Shown in pieces: positions 45,303 to 51,032 of a stretch of DNA of 51,032 nt. Within the stretch, counting starts at the first letter, position 1. The number at the start of each line of letters is the position of its first letter. The notes beneath the pieces were generated by a model. That model searched no databases. It had not been told where the DNA came from and saw only the letters and a list, made by a program, of their open reading frames with translations. The translations under genes were made by a program, and so were the position numbers. The stretch covers positions 1 through 51,032 of IMG/VR virus record IMGVR_UViG_3300036846_000450; one strand, written 5' to 3'. Source of the DNA: a virus. Its lineage: Duplodnaviria; Caudoviricetes.

Positions 45303-45947
45303 TCATCGGAGCCAGCCCTTCTGCCGCATCGTGTCGTGCAGCGCGTCGCTGGCGATGTCGGTGGATTTTTGCACGGCTTCCCTTGCCTTGTCGGCGAGAC
45401 CCTTTGCCGGCCCAGGCGGCGGTGGCTGCGGAGCCGGCGGAGCCGGCGGCATCGAGCCATCTGAAATCTCAGGGGTTTCGGGTCGCGCGCGCGCAGCCTC
45501 AGAAACAGGTCTATCTATATCTTCTTCTGGTAGCTTGACGGTTGCTGCCGTTTTGCTGCCGTTTTGCTGACCGTTTTGCTGCACGATTGCTGCACGTTTG
45601 CTTGACGGTTGCTTACCGCCCCACCGAGCAATTGCTGATGCGGTCCCCCCGATCGAACCAGCCAGGCGCCGGCGCTCGCTGACCTGGTCGGCGGCCACCA
45701 GGTCGCGCTCGATCCGATCGTGCCGCCAGCCGGGCCCGAAAAATGGCGCGATCACTGACCGGATCTTGCGCCAGGTGGCGAGCGGCATCCGGGTGATGGT
45801 GGCGAGTTCGCGGTCGTCGTCCGGCAAGCCGCCGTGGGTCCAATAGTGCAGGATCAGCAGGAAGTAGGCGCCGTGCTGCGCGGTGGTGAGGTGCTGGGTG
45901 TCGCCCAGGTAATCGCGCGGCCAGAACGGCATCCAGGGGCGCTTCAT
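45303..45947 (-). CDS. DUF1376/YdaU-family phage replication initiator
   Basis: PWMPF...DYL.DT.HLT..QHGAY.LL...YW..GGLPDDD..LA.I.R. Confidence 0.85.
   Translation of the reverse strand: MKRPWMPFWPRDYLGDTQHLTTAQHGAYFLLILHYWTHGGLPDDDRELATITRMPLATWRKIRSVIAPFFGPGWRHDRIERDLVAADQVSERRRLAGSIGGTASAIARWGGKQPSSKRAAIVQQNGQQNGSKTAATVKLPEEDIDRPVSEAARARPETPEISDGSMPPAPPAPQPPPPGPAKGLADKAREAVQKSTDIASDALHDTMRQKGWLR
45534..45617. repeat. Iterons (about seven 11-12 bp units) inside the replication gene; putative lytic origin
   Basis: CTTGACGGTTG, CTGCCGTTTTG x2, CTGACCGTTTTG, CTGCACGATTG, CTGCACGTTTG, CTTGACGGTTG. Confidence 0.7.
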
Positions 45948-46014
45948 TGCGCGCTCACACGGTTTGGTAATAGGTTTGCCAGCAGCATGACTTCCTTCCG
46001 GGCGTTTGTTATTG

Positions 46015-46291
46015 GACCTGCAAAACCGACCTGCAAAAATCTGCGAACTGCACGCAAGCAGTTGAAATTGTTGAGATGTTGAGCTGAAATGAAGATCCGA
46101 CGGTCAAGACGTCGGCGCATTTTCAGCCCTCATCACGCCTCCTCACCAATCCTCCCAAATCGTCAAAATCTGTTGCATCTCAGGGGCTTATTGTCCGCTG
46201 GGCTCATCACCGGTTGACACCGCTCATCAGCACGCAGCACCTCATTTCGGATTTTCGGGGCTATTCGCCCTGCAAAATCAGGTCTACAGGA
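46015..46291. other. Putative attP
   Basis: Arm-like repeats GACCTGCAAAA (46015, 46028) and GCCCTGCAAAA (46267), IHF-like CAAGCAGTTGAAA (46055), core-like CCGACG-7bp-CGTCGG (46097-46115), directly upstream of the integrase. Confidence 0.55.
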
Positions 46292-46360
46292 TCAGTTGTA
46301 AGATCCTCATTTGCTCACTGCCTCCATTCCTGATTTTGCCAAAAAGGGACGACCCGCCCC

Positions 46361-47638
46361 ATGACCAAACGCCGCCTCACCGACGCCGATATTTTTGCCC
46401 TTCCCGATGGCGCCCACGGCTTCAACGGCCCGCAGCTCGACGTCCGCGGCGACGACCGCCGCTGGAGCTGCAAGGTGTATCTGCACAAGGTTCGGTTTAC
46501 AGTGCAGCTCGGCACCGCGGCCGAGCTGCCGACCGCGGCGCTCGCCACCAAGGCGATGATCAGGGCCCGCAAGATGGCCAAGGACGGCATCGATCCCCGC
46601 GAGACCGTGCGCCTGGAGCGCGGAACCGTGCCGACCTTCGGCGTCCAGGCCGAAGCCTTCATGGCCGACTACGTGCCGACCCTGAAGAACGTCAAGCAGC
46701 GCGCCAAATGGTTCTCCTCGGTGCGCAACCACTGCAAGCCGATCTGGAGCATCAAGGTCGACGCGCTCACCACCTCGCACATGCTGCTGGTGCTGAAGCC
46801 GATCTGGACCAAGATCCCGACCATGGCCGCGGAGGTCCGCTCCCGCATGGAGATGATCATCGACGACGCCACCTTCCGCGAGCACCGCAAGGGCGAGAAC
46901 CCGGCGCGCTGGACCCTGCAGATGCAGCGCTCGCTCGGCGGCAGGCCGCCCAGGTCCGGCAAGACCCGCGGCTCGCAGCGCGCCGTCCATGTCGACCAGG
47001 TTGGAAGCCTGATGGCCGATCTCGCCGCCCGCAACACCCAGACCGCGCGCGCCATCTACGTGCTCACCCTGACGTGCCTGCGCGGCGTCGAAGAATTCTT
47101 GCCGATGCACACCAGGGAGCTGCAGCTCGACGGCGCGCAGGCCTACTGGACGGTCCCCTATGGGCGCCTCAAGGTTGACCCGCATGGCCACGATTTCCGC
47201 GTGCCGCTGCCGGCCCAGGCGGTGCGGATGCTGCGGGTGCAGCTCGACTACCTCGAAAGCATCACCGGCCAGGTGCCCTACCAGGGCTACCTCTGGCCCG
47301 CCATCAACAGCGGCGAGCGCGAGCTGATGGGCTCCGGCACCATGCTGGCCTACTTGCAAAACACCCTGAACCTGCCGGCGACCGTTCACGGCCAGCGCGC
47401 GGTCTTCAAGACCTGGGCACGCGGGCAATTTCTTGAGGGCACGGAGGCGACCCCGAAATATCACCACGACGCGATCGAGTACTGCCTGGCGCACACCACG
47501 CCGGGCGGCCGTGCGTCGAGCGAAGACCCGTATTCCCGCGACGAGATGATGCTGAAGGCGCGCGCCGTCATCCTGCGCGACTGGGCCGATTTTTGCGCGC
47601 CGGTCGCAGTCCGCGGCGGCTTGCGCGCCGTGGCGTAA
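46361..47638 (+). CDS. int: Tyrosine integrase (P4/arm-binding type)
   Basis: N-terminal arm domain (LG......AR.....GIDP); catalytic LT.LR, K, HGQR..F.TW, LAH...Y.R. Confidence 0.9.
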   Translation: MTKRRLTDADIFALPDGAHGFNGPQLDVRGDDRRWSCKVYLHKVRFTVQLGTAAELPTAALATKAMIRARKMAKDGIDPRETVRLERGTVPTFGVQAEAFMADYVPTLKNVKQRAKWFSSVRNHCKPIWSIKVDALTTSHMLLVLKPIWTKIPTMAAEVRSRMEMIIDDATFREHRKGENPARWTLQMQRSLGGRPPRSGKTRGSQRAVHVDQVGSLMADLAARNTQTARAIYVLTLTCLRGVEEFLPMHTRELQLDGAQAYWTVPYGRLKVDPHGHDFRVPLPAQAVRMLRVQLDYLESITGQVPYQGYLWPAINSGERELMGSGTMLAYLQNTLNLPATVHGQRAVFKTWARGQFLEGTEATPKYHHDAIEYCLAHTTPGGRASSEDPYSRDEMMLKARAVILRDWADFCAPVAVRGGLRAVA

Positions 47639-47658
47639 CGCCATCGCGGCCGCGCGCC

Positions 47659-47886
47659 TCACTGCGTGCGGCCGTCCTCGGCGGCCAGCAGGCTCGCAAA
47701 CCGCTCGATCTCGCTCTGCGGCACCAGCACCCGGGTGCCGTATTTTTTTGCCTTGAGGTCACCGCGCTTGATGGCGCGATCGATCGTCGCGATCGAGAGG
47801 CCGAGCGCATGCGCGGCGTCCCGGCGATTGGCCAGCTGCGGCTGGGTCATGATGGTCGATCCCTTGTTCATCTCGCTCTCACTCAA
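47659..47886 (-). CDS. xis: Excisionase-like HTH_17 protein
   Basis: DAAHALGLSIATIDRAIKRGDLKAKKYGTRVLVP; convergent with int. Confidence 0.8.
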   Translation of the reverse strand: MSESEMNKGSTIMTQPQLANRRDAAHALGLSIATIDRAIKRGDLKAKKYGTRVLVPQSEIERFASLLAAEDGRTQ

Positions 47887-47901
47887 GATTTCACGATCGT
47901 T

Positions 47902-48144
47902 TCAGGCGTCTCCCACCGCGGCCTCCGCCGCCGGCGCCTTGGCACCGCCGAGCTTGAGCACCACCGTCATGGCGCCGCCCTGGTCGACCTGGAGATCGCC
48001 GAGCTTGAAGCCGACGCGCTCGGCGACGCGCATCACCGCGGCCAGGCCTTCGTAGCGGCCGCCCTTGTGGCGCGTGACCTTGTCGCGCGAGCCGGTGGGA
48101 CGGCCGCGGCTGCGTGCGGTCGCGATCTGGGTTGCCTCGTTCAT
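47902..48144 (-). CDS. Small AT-hook-like protein
   Basis: RSRGRPTGSRDK motif. Confidence 0.5.
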   Translation of the reverse strand: MNEATQIATARSRGRPTGSRDKVTRHKGGRYEGLAAVMRVAERVGFKLGDLQVDQGGAMTVVLKLGGAKAPAAEAAVGDA

Positions 48145-49004
48145 TGGCGTTGCTCCTCGTCACTCTCGGAATATTCGCCGTCGTTCTCGATCACCTCGCC
48201 ATCGCCACCGCCGTCGTCGTCGAGTTCTTCCTCGGCCGGCTTGCGGGTCGAGAGCCGATCGAGCGCCTCGGTCATGGTGGCGATGCGGGCGGCGTCGTCG
48301 TCGACCGGCCTGGCCTGGACGGCCGGCGCCGGCTCGTTCTCGGTCTCGCGCGCGAACATGCTCTCGATGTCAGTCGACATCGGCAGCACCTTGGAATGGC
48401 GGCGCGCCACCGTCTTTTTGTACATCTCATCGGTCCAGTTTGACCAAGGCCCCCAGTCGGCCTGCGACATCTCGCGGACCTTGTTCAGCTCCTCGATCCA
48501 CATCCACTCGCGGCTGATGTCGCCGTCGCGCAGCTTCGCGATCGAGTAGGCGGCGATCACCGGGCCGCGGTCGCCGCGCACCGGCTTGTGCAGGATGTGG
48601 GCGTCGTCGCCTTCCTGGTAGTCCCACTTGTCGTTCTCGTGGACGACATGCGCGGTCCAGTCGGAGATCTCGCCGGAGTTACGAACCTTCTGCCTGATGC
48701 CGGCGATCATCGGCATCCAGCGCGCGTTCTTGGTGCCGCGCTTGCGGTCCTTGTAGACCACGATGGCGCCGAGCCGTCCGTCCGGGATCAGGCCATCAGT
48801 CGCCGCCTGCATGCAGGCGTTGAACAGCGAGCGGCGGTCGACGTCGAGCAGCTCGGGGTTGTTCTGGATTGCGGTGATGACGACGCGCACAAACTTGGTC
48901 GGCGGGATGTGCGCCGGCAGCACCGCGGCGAATTGCGCCGCCATGTCGTGCAGCTGCTTCCGCACCTCGGGCAGCGCGCTCTGGGCTCGGGCCAAATTGT
49001 TCAT
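48141..49004 (-). CDS. recT: RecT single-strand annealing recombinase
   Basis: LP.HI....F.RV...A...NP.L...SL..A....A.DGL.PDG...W..W..EM.KKTV.RR..K.LP. Confidence 0.9.
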   Translation of the reverse strand: MNNLARAQSALPEVRKQLHDMAAQFAAVLPAHIPPTKFVRVVITAIQNNPELLDVDRRSLFNACMQAATDGLIPDGRLGAIVVYKDRKRGTKNARWMPMIAGIRQKVRNSGEISDWTAHVVHENDKWDYQEGDDAHILHKPVRGDRGPVIAAYSIAKLRDGDISREWMWIEELNKVREMSQADWGPWSNWTDEMYKKTVARRHSKVLPMSTDIESMFARETENEPAPAVQARPVDDDAARIATMTEALDRLSTRKPAEEELDDDGGGDGEVIENDGEYSESDEEQRQ

Positions 49005-49930
49005 CGGCTGTCCTTTCGCACGACGCGCAGCTGCCGATAGCTGGTCGGCTTGACCTCGTAGCCCGGCCTGTTCACCGTCTTGAGGCTGATGTAGCCGTCC
49101 GCGATGCGGCCGATGGTGGCGTGGCCGAGTTCGTGCATCAGCTGCGCGTTGAATTTTTTCACATCCTCCTCGGCGCGCTTCATGATCTCCTGGGCGCGCT
49201 CGCGCTGCTCAAGCAGGGCAGGCAACTCGTTGTCGCCGGTGAGGTCGATCTCGGAGCCGTCGTCTTTCTTGTAGAGCTGGCGGATCACTTCGCCGTCGCG
49301 CGCGAAGTCAGGATCGGGCGCGCGACCGGAGATCACCTTCTTCCAGAATTCGATCGCCTCGTGCTTGATGGTCTCGACGATCTCGTGGTGCATCGGCACC
49401 GGGATCATGTGCAGATCGATCTCGTGGTCGATCACCAGGGCGGCGATCGCGGCCCAGCTCGCGCCGGTCAGCTCGGCCTCGATCAAGGCCTGGATCACGA
49501 TCCACACCGGCGGCGTCGCGAGGTCGGCCTCGCCGCGCCAGGCCTGGCGAAACACGCTCGGCGCCACGCTCTTGATCTGAACCACGCCGCGGCCGCGCTC
49601 GGGATCGGAGGCGAACAGATCCGGCGTCGCGCCGATGCACACTTCGTGATCAGCGTAGTGCGCGCGCGGAACCATGACAGACAAGTCAGGAAACCGCTCG
49701 CGGATCACGTCGACCGCAATTGGTTCCAGGCGGCGGCCGCGCTCCATCGCCGCATTGTCCTCTGGCGCCGGCAGTTTGCCGCTCTTGCGCGCCCACAACC
49801 CATAATAGGTCAGATACTCGTGCACACCGACCAGCGCAGCCGCCTCGCTCGCGCCGATCACGCGCTGCCGCAGCGCATGCCACTGCTCGTCGTTTTCAAT
49901 TGGCGTAATTGTCACGCTCATCGCGAACAC
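49001..49930 (-). CDS. YqaJ-like recombinase-associated exonuclease
   Basis: W..LR...IGASE.AA..G....T...LW..K.G...G..LE...GATPD...QIK...Q. Confidence 0.9.
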   Translation of the reverse strand: MFAMSVTITPIENDEQWHALRQRVIGASEAAALVGVHEYLTYYGLWARKSGKLPAPEDNAAMERGRRLEPIAVDVIRERFPDLSVMVPRAHYADHEVCIGATPDLFASDPERGRGVVQIKSVAPSVFRQAWRGEADLATPPVWIVIQALIEAELTGASWAAIAALVIDHEIDLHMIPVPMHHEIVETIKHEAIEFWKKVISGRAPDPDFARDGEVIRQLYKKDDGSEIDLTGDNELPALLEQRERAQEIMKRAEEDVKKFNAQLMHELGHATIGRIADGYISLKTVNRPGYEVKPTSYRQLRVVRKDSR

Positions 49931-50129
49931 CCCTGTGTGTGTTGCGGATTACTGTTGACGGACTTCTGAGTCGGAGAGCAGCGTTCGAATTATCCGGCGG
50001 ATGTCTTGAACGCGGAAAAAGAAATTACCTGAGTTGGCGAAAGTCGCGCAAGCCAAAAAAATCAGGAACACGTCGGAGTGCATGCGCGAATGACGTCAGG
50101 GGCGGGGCGCGACTGACGGGAATGACACA

Positions 50130-50795
50130 ATGAAGTGGATGGCAGAAGAAACCAGCACGATGCAAGACCTGTGGCGGCAAAACCAATCAGCAACTCAAAT
50201 CGGGAAAGTGCTCGGCCGCACCAGGGATGCGGTCCTCGGCAAACTTGACCGCCTGAAAAAAGCGGGCAAGAGATTTGTCCGCATCAACAACACCAAGCAG
50301 CAGGAGGCGCGCGTGGCGAAGCCGCCGCCCAAGCGCATCAGACAGAGACCGCCGACGCCGCCGCCGACGCCGCGGCCGCGCTATCCGCGGCATCCGACCA
50401 TGCAGTGCCCGTGTCAGCTCGTCGAGCTTGAGGCGCACAATTGCCACTGGCCGATTGGCGACCCGCTCGACAAGCAGCCGAGCGGCGAGCACGCCGACTT
50501 CCTCGACCCGACGCGGTTTTATTTCTGCGGCGCAGTGACGCTGCCTGGCGAGAAATATTGCCCGGTGCACACGCGCATGGCCTTCCGGGAGAGCAAAGAT
50601 GAACAAGCCCGACGAAACGCCCAACGAAACACCAGCCTTGCCCAACCCCTTCTGCGATTTGCCATCAACGAGGCCTTCGCCACCGCCATCGTCCTCGGCG
50701 TCGCTTCCCCCGCGCAGTTTGTCCGACGTTACGTCTGCGATCGAAGCGGAGTTGCACGCCTGGACCAGCCGCCGCCCGCTGTTCCTGGAGGATGA
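50130..50795 (+). CDS. gcrA: GcrA-like transcription regulator
   Basis: W.......LW....SA.QI...LG.TR.AV.GK..RL N-terminal HTH; L.EL....C.WPIGDP...FCG......YC..H C-terminus. Confidence 0.85.
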   Translation: MKWMAEETSTMQDLWRQNQSATQIGKVLGRTRDAVLGKLDRLKKAGKRFVRINNTKQQEARVAKPPPKRIRQRPPTPPPTPRPRYPRHPTMQCPCQLVELEAHNCHWPIGDPLDKQPSGEHADFLDPTRFYFCGAVTLPGEKYCPVHTRMAFRESKDEQARRNAQRNTSLAQPLLRFAINEAFATAIVLGVASPAQFVRRYVCDRSGVARLDQPPPAVPGG

Positions 50796-50880
50796 ATTCA
50801 TGCGCCGCATCAACAGCGAGGTGCCGCACCGCGGCGGCCAGCTCGGCGAGCTGCTGCGGCGTCGCGTCACCGGCAGCTGA
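50599..50880 (+). CDS. Hypothetical protein, paralog of 2262..2462
   Basis: ALPNPF and AIEAELHAW...RPLFL shared; overlaps the gcrA tail by 197 bp. Confidence 0.6.
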   Translation: MNKPDETPNETPALPNPFCDLPSTRPSPPPSSSASLPPRSLSDVTSAIEAELHAWTSRRPLFLEDEFMRRINSEVPHRGGQLGELLRRRVTGS

Positions 50881-51032
50881 TCAGCCTTGCAGCCTGCGCC
50901 TGAAGTCGCCGATCTCGATCGGCGGCACGCCTTCGAGCGAGCGGATGCGGTTCTCGTGCTCGAACAGCACCACGTCCTGCACCGGATCATCGACCGGCGG
51001 CGGTGCGGGCGGCACGTGAGGATCGGGCACGC
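50881..51032 (-). CDS. 3' end of a second allele of the tail-fibre accessory gene (ends IEIGDFRRRLQG*)
   Basis: Same frame and sequence as 9451..9732 until the last few codons. Confidence 0.8.
   Translation of the reverse strand, partial: VPDPHVPPAPPPVDDPVQDVVLFEHENRIRSLEGVPPIEIGDFRRRLQG
50906..51032 (+). repeat. 127-bp exact direct repeat, copy 2 (window end)
   Basis: Identical to 9482-9608. Confidence 0.95.

Larger units (their letters stand above)
1..51032. mobile_element. Temperate podovirus-like phage / phage-plasmid sequence (entire window)
   Basis: Terminase, portal, capsid, ejection and tail fibre genes plus integrase, RecT/YqaJ, cI/cro and rep-parA; no host housekeeping genes. Confidence 0.95.

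Noticed and set aside
46080-46140. tRNA fragment at the att core
   Set aside because: The stem with a 7-nt loop resembles an anticodon arm, but no T-arm GTTCRA or CCA end is present.
50906-51032. Repeat near the tail fibre as a DGR template/variable repeat pair
   Set aside because: The copies are fully identical with no adenine-specific mismatches, and no reverse transcriptase is present; the length equals a common assembler k-mer.

Overview
This is a GC-rich alphaproteobacterial (Rhizobiales/Bradyrhizobium-like, inferred from GcrA, DUF6362 and plasmid-type rep-par genes) temperate podovirus-type phage sequence. A complete minus-strand virion module runs from 9.4 to 34.3 kb: terminases, portal, scaffold, major capsid, Ig-like proteins, P22-like tail hub, three ejection proteins and a tail fibre. 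It is flanked by two partly paralogous early regions. The right arm (34.3-50.9 kb) carries a serine resolvase, many small HTH regulators, a DUF1376 replication initiator with internal iterons, an attP-like region, a tyrosine integrase with excisionase, RecT/YqaJ and GcrA. The left arm (1-9.4 kb) carries VRR-NUC, an adenine methyltransferase, a cro/cI switch, a DfrB (R67 DHFR)-like gene and a compact plasmid maintenance cassette (HTH Rep with a ctRNA-like leader, a 19-bp centromere-like array, ParA and an RHH partner). The last 127 bp are an exact copy of 9482-9608, so 9482-50905 closes into a 41,424-bp circle with the left arm as an alternative branch. The window is therefore either a phage with interchangeable integrative and plasmid lifestyle modules or an assembly fusion of two related phages. 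No tRNA, rRNA, CRISPR array, reverse transcriptase or recognisable endolysin was seen. All protein assignments are by-eye motif recognition, not database searches.
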